Position numbers and translations under genes: made by a program
The notes under the pieces: model-generated
Seen by the model: only the letters and a program-made list of their open reading frames with translations
Databases searched by the model: none
What the model was told of the DNA's origin: nothing
Shown here: positions 10,501-18,214 of the stretch, in pieces
How the letters are laid out: each line of letters begins with the position of its first letter
How positions within the stretch are numbered: the stretch's first letter is position 1
From: a virus
Virus record (IMG/VR): IMGVR_UViG_3300048913_000137
Span: 1-59,654 of that record
DNA: 59,654 nucleotides
Reading direction: 5' to 3' (one strand)

Positions 10501-11765
10501 TCGGTTGGCGTGTCGGCCGTAGCCAGGTCCGCCGCGAGCCGCTTGACTTCCGCCTGCGCCGCCTGGAAGGCCGCCGTGGAGCGCGCAAGGGCCTCCTGCT
10601 GCGTCCGGTAGCCGTCAACATCCTTCGCGATCCGCATGGCCGCTGCATTGGCCGCCGCAAGCTCGCCCATCGCCACGTTGTATTGCTGAAGCGAGCGGTT
10701 GCCCTCGCCATCCAGGATCGACGCGGCCTGCTTGACCGATTCTTCCAGGCCGTCGATAGACTGGTTGGCGGCCGACGCCGGAGCCGTGATCGCCAGGATC
10801 GCATCGGCCAGGCGCGTGGCGCTCGCCGACGTGGTATCGGCCGTGGTGCCGAAGCGCGAAACATCGGTCGCGGCGGCGTTTGCATCTGCCGCGATGGTGC
10901 GGAAAGCGTTGACCTGTTCGATCCGCTGCTGCTCGGCCGCCGTCGCCTCGAAAGCGGCGCGGAGGCGGTTCACATTGTCCGCGCCCTCCTTCGCCTCCTG
11001 CGCGCGGAGCGCCTGATCGAACGCCGCGTTCTGCTGCGTCAACTCGCGCTTGGCCTGGTTCAATAGCTCGACGCGGTTCTCGAATTGCGAGATGTAGTCG
11101 ATCTGCGATTGCAGGAGCCCGGCGTCCTGGCCCTGCTTCTGGAAGCTGGCATCGGCGTTGGTCTTCGACTGCTGCGCGTCCAGGGCGGCGAGCTTGGCCT
11201 TGAAGTCGTCCGACGCTGCACCGGCCACGGCAAGGCCGCGCGCGATCTCACGCGACGTGTCGGCGATGGTCTTGAAGGACTCGCCGAAGTTGGTGACGGG
11301 ACCGATGATCCCTTCAATCTGTGCGCGGGTCTGCGCGACTTCAGCGCCGATCCGCTCGACCGATTCAGCGGCGGCCGATTGCGCCCGGCCAGCGGCTTCC
11401 ATCGAATTCGTCAGGCGCTTCGTCGGCTTCTCGGCCGCATCGACCTGGTTCTTCAGGTCGTTGTATTTCGCACTGGCGGCTTCGAGCTTCTGTTCCGCCT
11501 TTTCGAGCGCGGACACCTGACCGTTCAAAGAAGTCAGGAGGGACCGGGCGGTGCCCAATTCCTCCTGCGCCTTCTTCAAATCGCGGGTGGTGGTGGCGAG
11601 CTTGTCGAGCGAGACTTCTCCCCGCTCGGCCGTCTTGATTTGATCTTCCAGCGCCGACCGGAGCGTCTTCACGTCGCGGGTCAATTCACCGATAGGACGA
11701 GTTGCCTTGTCCGTCTCGGCGCGGAAGATCATTTCAATGTCGCGGCGATTAAGTGCTCCCGCCAT
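7566..11765 (-). CDS. Tape measure protein
   Basis: 1399 aa, long Ala/Gln/Glu-rich coiled-coil stretches, Gly-rich hydrophobic segment near the C-terminus, follows the G/G-T chaperone. Confidence 0.85.
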   Translation of the reverse strand: MAGALNRRDIEMIFRAETDKATRPIGELTRDVKTLRSALEDQIKTAERGEVSLDKLATTTRDLKKAQEELGTARSLLTSLNGQVSALEKAEQKLEAASAKYNDLKNQVDAAEKPTKRLTNSMEAAGRAQSAAAESVERIGAEVAQTRAQIEGIIGPVTNFGESFKTIADTSREIARGLAVAGAASDDFKAKLAALDAQQSKTNADASFQKQGQDAGLLQSQIDYISQFENRVELLNQAKRELTQQNAAFDQALRAQEAKEGADNVNRLRAAFEATAAEQQRIEQVNAFRTIAADANAAATDVSRFGTTADTTSASATRLADAILAITAPASAANQSIDGLEESVKQAASILDGEGNRSLQQYNVAMGELAAANAAAMRIAKDVDGYRTQQEALARSTAAFQAAQAEVKRLAADLATADTPTDEMAKALSRAEAALEAAGREMQRDGNLAEQMGGKLRKAGVDVNDLTQAEQRLTQAAKEAAAAQNEIAGKTGGASTPFGFSLQDMQNLGYQVNDLITQVASGTPITQAFAQQFGQIYQIPAMQNLIARFAVFIPLVAAAAVAVGTLAAAISRAGDRAEALKSAEAYIARIGDGGDITAQQMANASIALQDFGVSAEDAMTILQNLNEAGLDPQYIDAFTVAIKNASDATGVEMPEAAQLLTDALSGGYDQVVKLDEQFNFLTVSEREHIRAMYDSGQESEARRIVFDRFYASMDEGASKMNGPWKNAVDNFKGAFRSFLDYLGSTTVVKDFIADVNNALVGLNYLLLRARGFSHEQAGNAAVNGQGRAPQAPQRPQGDPRGGRTTGPTKEGQDAIADAQRELKARKLLTREERLRNAEIEARRKAPSGASDEERDQLAALARQKESNALAEEGRKKGASAAKKAQSERDKAAREAAALQNRIESAEESLQSGLDGMDAKVAKVATGGITEALANASTAVDKQYDRLYRKLDDFAKLTQGKGTIGGLTIDAYRAQLDANKTILTQQAQLKVYEDQVNDVLNQRKQLLADIEERANRGAITSAQAIKESSEVTSRLNPVIQQLAGAAGQFATSIAGATPSPELQAFLDKMERISGQAQQGPMQSDVAKTANTRLGAEEAKLNQIIAERNNLISANNTLVELGLKTQADAQRDTAAAFATSQPMIAEQVRVIQQTLDLMRQLGVIQPQVYDAWIAKLQAVTAQSTYTNENVLKLNNLVQNQLLQGGMNMFDSFAKGLAGLATGTMSVGDAFNGLLDTFLNFAATFLAEIAKMIIQALILKAIQSALGLPGGGGGLGGFFFHSGTGPGGVGGGSSRRTRSSFDLHPSMLAAVPRYHEGTQGAGLKNNEMVAVLERGEKVLTEEQQRAEAKRAAGSGESATGLRQVLAFGDDQVAAAMQGMAGEKVTVTHLRRNVPLIKQLLKD
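8671..8681. repeat. Dispersed palindrome copy GAAGTTACTTC
   Basis: In the tape measure gene, read as EVTS. Confidence 0.9.
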
Positions 11766-12081
11766 CTGCCAACTCCTTAATCTGCTGCTTGAAGAGAGCC
11801 TGGCCCTTCTTCCCGCCGTGGACTGCGACCTGGACTAGCTTGTCGATGCCAGCCTGGAACGCGATTTGTTCGTTGACCCTTCGCCTCGCCGTATCGCATT
11901 CCGACCACACCTTCGCCAGCGGGTAGCGGTTGGCCTGGGAGTGGCCTAGCGAGTGCAGGAAGCTAACGTCCTCCCTTATTCCCCAATAGAACCGCGCGAC
12001 CGGGTTGCTTGCTGCGACATCTCGCTCGCGTTTTGAAGCGCGCCCCTTGCGAGCGCGGCGAGTGACGCGAAAAGGTTTCCC
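11749..12081 (-). CDS. -1 frame extension of the tail chaperone (gpG-T analogue, about 229 aa fused product)
   Basis: From the slip site the -1 frame (no ATG, absent from the ORF track) stays open for ~110 codons. It ends at TAA 11749-11751, just inside the tape measure gene. Confidence 0.55.
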   Translation of the reverse strand, partial: GKPFRVTRRARKGRASKRERDVAASNPVARFYWGIREDVSFLHSLGHSQANRYPLAKVWSECDTARRRVNEQIAFQAGIDKLVQVAVHGGKKGQALFKQQIKELADGGST

Positions 12082-12437
12082 AGGCCACCGGCTTCTTCCA
12101 GCGTGAGCTTCGAGATCGCGGCGATAGCGGAAGTCTGGAAACCGAGCCCGAGTTTCACCTTCTTGGCGTCGGGCTCATCGGCGGCGATGGAAATAACTTC
12201 CGTCACCAGACCGGGGAAGTCTTTGATGATCGACATGAGGAAGCCCTGCATGTTCTTCGACGTGTAGATGTCCTGCTTCGACTGCTGCCAAAGCTGCACC
12301 GCCTTGGAGATCGGCTCCAAGTGATCCTGAAGCAGAAGTGCGAAGTCATCCAGGTTGAGGCCCCGAAGAGACACCACCTGGTCTTGCCCCAACGGCACAT
12401 CTACTCGGGGGGTTTGATATTCTGAAAGCACGCCCAT
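11976..12437 (-). CDS. Tail assembly chaperone (gpG analogue)
   Basis: 153-aa acidic ORF between the major tail and tape measure genes. Contains the slippery heptamer GGGAAAC. Confidence 0.7.
   Translation of the reverse strand: MGVLSEYQTPRVDVPLGQDQVVSLRGLNLDDFALLLQDHLEPISKAVQLWQQSKQDIYTSKNMQGFLMSIIKDFPGLVTEVISIAADEPDAKKVKLGLGFQTSAIAAISKLTLEEAGGLGNLFASLAALARGALQNASEMSQQATRSRGSIGE
12075..12081 (-). promoter_or_regulatory. Programmed -1 ribosomal frameshift site G_GGA_AAC
   Basis: Zero-frame codons read CTG GGA AAC (L-G-N of GGLGNLF). The heptamer has X_XXY_YYZ form, and lambda G/T uses GGGAAAG. Confidence 0.55.
12190..12200. repeat. One-mismatch variant GAAaTAACTTC
   Basis: In the chaperone gene, read as EVIS. 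Confidence 0.5.
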
Positions 12438-12449
12438 TGATCGGTCCTC

Positions 12450-12486
12450 AATAAGAAAGGGGCGACACCCGGATAGGTGCCGCCCC
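12450..12486 (-). terminator. Intrinsic terminator between the major tail and chaperone genes
   Basis: Minus strand reads GGGGCGGCACC-tatccg-GGTGTCGCCCC followed by TTTCTTATT. Confidence 0.55.
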
Positions 12487-12516
12487 CTCTATGCAACAAT
12501 CGGGCCTGAAGATCAA

Positions 12517-13620
12517 TCAGGCAACATTGCTGGCGGCGCGCTTCGTGATATACTGGCGCTCGACCGTTTCGTCGCGCAGCAGAATCTCGAAGTTGAACGT
12601 CATGTTCTGCCAGTCATCGCCCTTCAGCGCGAAGTCGCCATCGGGGGTCAGCTTGACATACGGCCAGAAATAATCGCGGTTGGTGCCTGCGGCGTTGTTG
12701 GCGATGAAGCGCATGGCCCCTTCGATAGTTTCGCCCTTCGCGATCACGATGTCTTCGACACCGGCCGATACACCATAGGAGATCACGGCGTCGGTGACGC
12801 CATCCACGATGTCTTCCGCATCCGGCTTGAAGTAGATGCGGCCGGTCGTCATCTCGACGACGTAGCTGTCCTCCGAGATGTCGTCGATCTCGACGGTGCC
12901 GATGCCGCGAACGCCCTGGGGCGTGTCGGCGGTCGCGCCAAGCTGATACCACAGACCGCGTTCGATGGCCGTGATCGTCTCGGTCACGTCCGCACCACCG
13001 GCCAGGGCAGCGCCGCCGACCGTGATGTTGGCGGGCGTGGCGGCAGTCTTCGCGAGCGTGATGCCGTTGCCCCCGGTGCCGGGTGCGATGGCCTTGATCG
13101 TGACGACTGCCCCGGCGACGGTAGCGGTGACACCCAGCGACGGCGTGGCGTTGATGTAGTTGGCCAGGGCCGTTGCCTGCGCGCCGATGGTCGCCGCGAT
13201 GTCAACTTCGTTCGGAGCCGGATCGGCCGAGAAAACGATGTCCTCGCCACCGATCGTCACCTTGTCGCCTTCGGCCGGAACCGCCGTCGAGAAGGTGATC
13301 GTGCTGGACGCCGATGCGGAGCCCGCCTCGACGCGACGCTCGATCACGCCACGGAACCACAGCGCCAGGTTGGCGTCCGAGATGTTGTCGCACTGGAACG
13401 ATCCGCTCGAATCGTTCTGAAGCGTGACGCTCGCATCCTTGACGCGAACGCCAGCATCCGAGTTGTAGTGGTCCAGGGTTTCCTCGTCCTGTGCCAGCGA
13501 CAGCGCCGGGGTGTTACCGAAGTAACGCTCGCCCTTCGCGGTGCGGGTGCCGGGCTTGAACTGCCCAAAGAACAGTCGGCCACGGCCGACGACATAATCA
13601 TTAGGATCGGCCATCTTCAT
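12517..13620 (-). CDS. Major tail (tube) protein with an inserted ~105-aa surface domain
   Basis: 367 aa, placed just upstream of the chaperone/TMP genes. Residues ~105-210 are homologous to residues ~78-185 of the head decoration protein. Confidence 0.6.
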   Translation of the reverse strand: MKMADPNDYVVGRGRLFFGQFKPGTRTAKGERYFGNTPALSLAQDEETLDHYNSDAGVRVKDASVTLQNDSSGSFQCDNISDANLALWFRGVIERRVEAGSASASSTITFSTAVPAEGDKVTIGGEDIVFSADPAPNEVDIAATIGAQATALANYINATPSLGVTATVAGAVVTIKAIAPGTGGNGITLAKTAATPANITVGGAALAGGADVTETITAIERGLWYQLGATADTPQGVRGIGTVEIDDISEDSYVVEMTTGRIYFKPDAEDIVDGVTDAVISYGVSAGVEDIVIAKGETIEGAMRFIANNAAGTNRDYFWPYVKLTPDGDFALKGDDWQNMTFNFEILLRDETVERQYITKRAASNVA

Positions 13621-13635
13621 TCTCCCTTCAAGAGA

Positions 13636-14196
13636 TCAAGCGTAGGGGTTGCGGACATCTGTAGTGATCTCCAAGATCAACGGCAGATAGAACATGGCAA
13701 GACGCGACGCCGCTTCCTCGCTAGGCGGCCTTACCACGCCCTGCCCAATGGTTAAAGACCCAATATCACCACCGAGTCGGTAGAGCTTATCGGTGCGTTC
13801 CCGGCCATCGGGAAACTCGAAAGTGATGAGCGCAAGCTGCTGCTCGACTGCCGCTTTCATCCAGTAAGCGGGCGCGCTCGGCTCTTCGTGGTTGTCTTTC
13901 GGCCAGCCCTGCACCAGCAGCGTCCACGCCTCATTGCGGTTGAAGCCTGCCTCGCCTGCCGGGGAGCCGATGATCGGGCGCGGTGCTTCCAGGATCGAAA
14001 GCGTGTCGATCACTTCCTTGGCGGTGATGACCGACTTGCCGATCCAGCACTTGATTCCCTCATAGCCGGAAGTGACTTCCAGGTGAGCGGCGAGCTTGCG
14101 AATCACTCGAAGCTGCTTCGGCGGGGGCGAAGGATCGTCCTCCCGATTCACGGCAGCGTCGAGATAGCTGAAGTCGAAGGTGTTGAAGTCAAGCAT
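13636..14196 (-). CDS. Tail terminator-like protein (gpU-position)
   Basis: Start taken at MLDFNTF. Call rests on gene order only. Confidence 0.4.
   Translation of the reverse strand: MLDFNTFDFSYLDAAVNREDDPSPPPKQLRVIRKLAAHLEVTSGYEGIKCWIGKSVITAKEVIDTLSILEAPRPIIGSPAGEAGFNRNEAWTLLVQGWPKDNHEEPSAPAYWMKAAVEQQLALITFEFPDGRERTDKLYRLGGDIGSLTIGQGVVRPPSEEAASRLAMFYLPLILEITTDVRNPYA
14069..14079. repeat. Dispersed palindrome copy GAAGTGACTTC
   Basis: In CDS 13636..14196, read as EVTS. Confidence 0.85.
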
Positions 14197-14803
14197 CGCC
14201 TTGGAGCCTCGCAAACTGACGGTAGAATTCGGTCGCGGTGGCGTCGAGCACTTCGGGCGTTTCCGCTTCCGCTACCGAGTTGTTGAGCACCTGGTCAATC
14301 GACGGCCCGTAAAGCAGCACGACGTTCGCGTCCAGGTGGACCATGCGGGACTGATCGCGCTTGTCGAGTTGCTGACCCGGCTTCAGGCGCACGGCCAGGC
14401 CGATGTTGCCGCCCTCTAGGCTGGTGCCCGCGCGCAGTCGGACCAGGAAGGCCCCTTTCATGAGCGTGGAGCCGCCTCCGCGCTTCACCTGGACCGAAAC
14501 CCCGCCTTTGGCTCCCACGGCACCGCTGGTGCTGAATCGGGCCAGGCTGGTGGGCCGCTGGCGAGCGACGAGCGATGCGACCAGGCGGGACGGCGACGCC
14601 TTCTGATCGACGCCGAACCGATCATCGTTGAGATAGCCTGCCGGGAAGTTGACTTGATCGGAGATCGCGCGACGATACCGGGCAAGACCGACGCCGCCGA
14701 TAACATCGTTCATTGCCATCGAAGCGGCCCGCCGGGTGTTCTCCGGTGCCGCTTCAAGGTAGTCTTCCATGCCGATCAGTGAGGCTAGGTCATATTGGAT
14801 CAT
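14189..14803 (-). CDS. Tail completion protein (gpZ-like)
   Basis: Start MIQYDLASL is ATGA-coupled to the upstream stop. LLYGPSIDQVL and overall length resemble gpZ-family proteins. Confidence 0.45.
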   Translation of the reverse strand: MIQYDLASLIGMEDYLEAAPENTRRAASMAMNDVIGGVGLARYRRAISDQVNFPAGYLNDDRFGVDQKASPSRLVASLVARQRPTSLARFSTSGAVGAKGGVSVQVKRGGGSTLMKGAFLVRLRAGTSLEGGNIGLAVRLKPGQQLDKRDQSRMVHLDANVVLLYGPSIDQVLNNSVAEAETPEVLDATATEFYRQFARLQGDA

Positions 14804-15162
14804 ACGGCCCTCACCACGGTCCAATAGACGTTGACCGGGCCGTCAGGGTCTATCTGCTGATCTAGCTCAAAGGCGATCCCGTATCCGGGGAAGGTGACAA
14901 TGCCGCCGTGGTCAAGCTCCAACTCTAGGGCGTCCAACTGCGGCTGATTGAAAATGAGGCGTTCGATGTTCTCCATGATGGAGACTGCATCGGATTCTGC
15001 GGATGCGATCTTCGTCTTGCTGGCGAACCGCGCCGACAGGGAAAGCCCCACCGCCAATTGCTCGGCGGTGGGGGTAGCAGGCGTGCCGCGATCCGCGTAG
15101 CTGCACGGCTCGGCCAATTCGGCGTGGAGCGCGTTGCGAGCATCGGTCTTGATCTCGGCCAT
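14800..15162 (-). CDS. Head-tail connector protein (gpFII-position)
   Basis: Internal start MAEIKTDARN of ORF 14800..15243. The longer N-terminus overlaps the upstream gene. Confidence 0.4.
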   Translation of the reverse strand: MAEIKTDARNALHAELAEPCSYADRGTPATPTAEQLAVGLSLSARFASKTKIASAESDAVSIMENIERLIFNQPQLDALELELDHGGIVTFPGYGIAFELDQQIDPDGPVNVYWTVVRAV

Positions 15163-15169
15163 CGTCACG

Positions 15170-15544
15170 TTAGATGTCCTCGTCTTCGTCGGCATCGTCG
15201 GACGAGTCTTCGTCCTGGTTCTGCTCTTCGTCATCGACGACATCTTCGTCCTTGGCCTTCGTGGCCCCGGCCGCCTTCTTGCCCTTGGCGGCGGTCGCCT
15301 TCTTCGAGCCGTCCGGCGCTGCCTTCGACGGGGCCTTGCCCGCTTCGGCGTCGTCGCTGGTGTGGCCCTTGCCGCTCGGCTCTTCGGTCGATTCGTTGAT
15401 CGGCTTGCGGAGTGCGCGGGGGTCGATGGCGGTGATCTGTGCGATCTCGTCTTCGGTGAAGTTGAAGCCCTTGTTCAAGGGCGGCGATACCCGCTTGCCT
15501 TCGCGGATCACGATGACACTGGCGGTAGGAACGCGCTTCGGCAT
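15170..15544 (-). CDS. Hypothetical head-module protein with Lys/Ala-rich tract and acidic C-terminal tail (DEDEDI)
   Basis: 124-aa ORF directly downstream of the capsid gene. Confidence 0.5.
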   Translation of the reverse strand: MPKRVPTASVIVIREGKRVSPPLNKGFNFTEDEIAQITAIDPRALRKPINESTEEPSGKGHTSDDAEAGKAPSKAAPDGSKKATAAKGKKAAGATKAKDEDVVDDEEQNQDEDSSDDADEDEDI

Positions 15545-15565
15545 GATGCTAGTCCTCTTCGTTTG

Positions 15566-15576
15566 GAAGTTACTTC
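15566..15576. repeat. Dispersed palindrome copy GAAGTTACTTC
   Basis: Intergenic, next to the capsid hairpin. Confidence 0.9.
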
Positions 15577-15578
15577 GA

Positions 15579-15602
15579 GGGGAGAGGCCGAAACCCCTCC
15601 CC
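15579..15602 (-). terminator. Hairpin downstream of the capsid gene (weak terminator or attenuator)
   Basis: GGGGAGAGG-ccgaaa-CCCCTCCCC, one mismatch, no clear T-run. Followed on the transcript by a palindrome copy. Confidence 0.3.
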
Positions 15603-15612
15603 GCCGGAGCCC

Positions 15613-16680
15613 TTACTGCCCGTCAGTCGCGACGATGCGGAAGGAGTTGTCGATGTTGGCGGGCACCATGAGCGGAGCGGACTGGCTCATGGTGTAGGTG
15701 AGGCTCGGGTCCTCCTGGTCCCACATCTTCGGGAAGATGGGGATCGCCTGCAACCCGGCCCGCTTATCGCGGATCGCGCCGAAGCAGCGAACGCCCTGGA
15801 TGCCGGGGCCGGTGCCGACGACATCATAGGGGCTCATGTAGTCCACCGTTTCACCAGCAGCATTCTCATACTGCTCGTTATAGGTATAGACTTCGACGCG
15901 GCCCTGGCCGTTCGCGCCCTGAAGCACGCCGCGATATTCATACGGCGTATCCGTCGAACCGAAGGCCGACAGGGTGGAGTCGCTGGTGCGCGCCACATTG
16001 CCGATCTCCTGGCCCTTCAGGAGCTTCTGGACTTCCTCGTCCGCATAGAAGCGGTCGAAGGCTTCGATGCCCATCGTCAGGCGGGTGATGACCGAGCCCG
16101 ATTCCTGGAAGGACAGGCGACGGAGATCGGCGATGTCCTGAAGCGGTGCAGCGTTCGCCTCGCCCCAGCGGGCGGTGCCTGCCAGGATGCGGGTCAGACC
16201 CGCGTTGCGAGCGAAGTCAACGACCTGGGTGGGATAGTCCTCCCCGGTGATCGTGACGCGGCCATAGATGACCGCCATGCCCGCCATCCAGTTGAACAGG
16301 CGTTGGAGCATCGTGCGCTCTTCGGCCATGTTCTCGGCGACGGCGGCGTTCCACCGCTGCGCCGGGGTGGACGAGCCGCCCAGGTCTTCACCGGCCAGGC
16401 GCGAGAACACCCGGTTCGGATCGACGATGTGCTTGGGCTTCGAGTAGGCGGGCCGGAAGGCGCGCGTCTCGTAACCCTGGCTGCGGATCACGCGGCCCTG
16501 CACGACGGGGCTGACGAACGGTGCCAGGCGGCGGTTCGTCTTGATCCGGTCGAACATGATCTCTTCGGTGTCGAAGGTCATCTGACGCGGGAAGAAGTTG
16601 TCCAGCCAGTAGGAGGACTCGATGGGGGTGACGCGGATCACACCCAGGAGCGCCGCCGTGCTGTAGAGATCGAAAGCCAT
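15613..16680 (-). CDS. Major capsid protein, lambda gpE-like
   Basis: 355 aa. The N-terminus MAFDLYSTAALLGVIRV...YWLDNFFPRQMTFDTEEIMFD is typical of the gpE family. Confidence 0.8.
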   Translation of the reverse strand: MAFDLYSTAALLGVIRVTPIESSYWLDNFFPRQMTFDTEEIMFDRIKTNRRLAPFVSPVVQGRVIRSQGYETRAFRPAYSKPKHIVDPNRVFSRLAGEDLGGSSTPAQRWNAAVAENMAEERTMLQRLFNWMAGMAVIYGRVTITGEDYPTQVVDFARNAGLTRILAGTARWGEANAAPLQDIADLRRLSFQESGSVITRLTMGIEAFDRFYADEEVQKLLKGQEIGNVARTSDSTLSAFGSTDTPYEYRGVLQGANGQGRVEVYTYNEQYENAAGETVDYMSPYDVVGTGPGIQGVRCFGAIRDKRAGLQAIPIFPKMWDQEDPSLTYTMSQSAPLMVPANIDNSFRIVATDGQ

Positions 16681-16745
16681 TTTGATATTCCCTTCTTGGT
16701 CTTTGTGAAGGCTAGTCGGTCCCTAGCGTTTCAGCAGGCGGCTAT

Positions 16746-17519
16746 TCAGTAGAGGCGTTGCACGTTAATCATGGTGCCCGCGAAGGCCGCCTTGATCTCG
16801 GCATAGGTGGTGCCCACCGGAAGATCGAGCGCCTCGAAATTCGGGTGGCCGGAGATGAACACCGGGGTATCCACGTCGGCGTTGTAGCCGGTCGCGGAGG
16901 CGTCCAGGGCGTGCGGCAGAATGCCATAGGGCTTCGCGGCCCCACCGGCTTCGGCGTCGGAGTCCGTGCCCCCGGCCAGGTTCGCACCCGACGCGGCGAT
17001 GTTGGCACCGGCTTCCGCCAGCGTGACGGCATTGCCCGCCGTGCCCGGCGAACGGACGGTGGTGACACCGGCCGCGCTGGTGGCGGTGACGCCCCCGGCG
17101 ACGCCGAAGTCATTCCGGTGTTCGTTGATGAAGGCCGCCAGGTTTGCAGCGGTCGCGGCAATCGTGGCACCGATGGTCACTTCGTCTTCGTCGGGATCGG
17201 CCGCCGCGCGGAAGGTGATGACCTTGCCCGCGATGGTGACAGTCTCGCCAGCGGTGGGAACCGCGACCGAGAAGGTCAGGGTGCCGGTGGCATAGTCGTC
17301 ATAGTTGTCGGACGCCAGCGGGTCCCACTTGACGAGCTTGCCGCCGACGAGCGCGACGACAGGAAACTTGTAGGTTTCCTCCCGATCATTCAGCAGGCCG
17401 ACCTTCTGGCCCGCTGCGAGCGTGCCCTGCGTGGTCTGCCCGTTGGGCTCGCCAGCCCACAGTTGGATAGGTGCGAAAGTGCCGACCGTGCGATAGCCAG
17501 CGAGGATGCGATCACCCAT
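16746..17519 (-). CDS. Head decoration protein (gpD-like N-terminus) with an inserted surface domain
   Basis: 257 aa, between the protease and capsid genes. Residues ~78-185 are shared with the major tail protein. Confidence 0.6.
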   Translation of the reverse strand: MGDRILAGYRTVGTFAPIQLWAGEPNGQTTQGTLAAGQKVGLLNDREETYKFPVVALVGGKLVKWDPLASDNYDDYATGTLTFSVAVPTAGETVTIAGKVITFRAAADPDEDEVTIGATIAATAANLAAFINEHRNDFGVAGGVTATSAAGVTTVRSPGTAGNAVTLAEAGANIAASGANLAGGTDSDAEAGGAAKPYGILPHALDASATGYNADVDTPVFISGHPNFEALDLPVGTTYAEIKAAFAGTMINVQRLY

Positions 17520-17578
17520 GATGTTTACTCCCTATTCTCGCCGGGTATCGGCGTCAGTTGGATGGTGGCTTTCGCCGG

Positions 17579-18214
17579 TTACGCGGCCTTGGACTTCTTG
17601 GCCTTCTTCATGTCCGACCAGGAGGCCCCGGCCACGCGGCTGTGATCGCCCAGGATCATCGCCGCCTGCGCTTCCGGGGAGTCGTCATCGTCGTCCTCGC
17701 CCTCGTCGCCTGCGCCGACGTTGGGCTGGCGGGTGCCACCCATCGCGCGATCCAGGTGGTTCACGTTGTCGCGGCTCCGGTTGCCCTTCACCTTCGACTT
17801 GCCCTTGACGCGGCGCTTGCGGGCGGCGTCGGCGGCTTCTTCGCCGTCATCGTCGTCCGAGTCGCCATCGTCTTCGTCCGAGTCGTCGCCGTCCTCGTCA
17901 TCATCGTCCTCGTCGCCGGGGCCGTCGTTGTCGGCCGAAACCGACTGCTTGCCCTTGCCCTTGCCCTTGGCGGGCTTGGCGGCATTTCCGGCGGCGGCGT
18001 CGATCATGCCGATGGCATCTTCTTCGGTGATCGCGACGTTGGCGATCAGCTTGGCACCAAGGGCAACCTGGCCCTTTGCTGCGGCGTGATCCTTGATCGC
18101 GGCGTTGCGCGCCATCATGGTCGCCACGCCATTGACGGCGGTGGAGATCATGCCCTGCACTTCGTCGCGGGTGAGGCCGGAAGCAACTTCCGAGCCAGCC
18201 TTCTTGTCAGTCAT
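17579..18214 (-). CDS. Possible nested in-frame scaffold protein (Nu3 analogue)
   Basis: Internal ATG at 18214 (MTDKKAG) preceded by GAGGAAGAAG. By analogy with lambda C/Nu3. Confidence 0.35.
   Translation of the reverse strand: MTDKKAGSEVASGLTRDEVQGMISTAVNGVATMMARNAAIKDHAAAKGQVALGAKLIANVAITEEDAIGMIDAAAGNAAKPAKGKGKGKQSVSADNDGPGDEDDDDEDGDDSDEDDGDSDDDDGEEAADAARKRRVKGKSKVKGNRSRDNVNHLDRAMGGTRQPNVGAGDEGEDDDDDSPEAQAAMILGDHSRVAGASWSDMKKAKKSKAA

Noticed and set aside
7404-11066. 1220-aa ORF on the plus strand, the second-longest ORF in the window
   Set aside because: It lies entirely antisense to the tape measure gene. Its translation is Arg/Leu/Gly/His-rich low-complexity sequence, typical of antisense frames in GC-rich DNA. 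The minus-strand ORF has coherent coiled-coil tape measure character and fits the operon.
14645-14657. Additional degenerate palindrome-like strings (GAAGTTGACTTG at 14645, GGAAGTTGTTTCC at 42828, GAAGACTTC at 37713)
   Set aside because: They differ by an insertion or deletion, or by two or more mismatches, from GAAGT-N-ACTTC. I did not count them, to avoid inflating the tally.
12991-17288. Possible diversity-generating retroelement (template/variable repeat pair) between the tail and decoration genes
   Set aside because: No reverse transcriptase gene exists in the genome. The two segments are similar only at the protein level, with differences not restricted to adenine positions.
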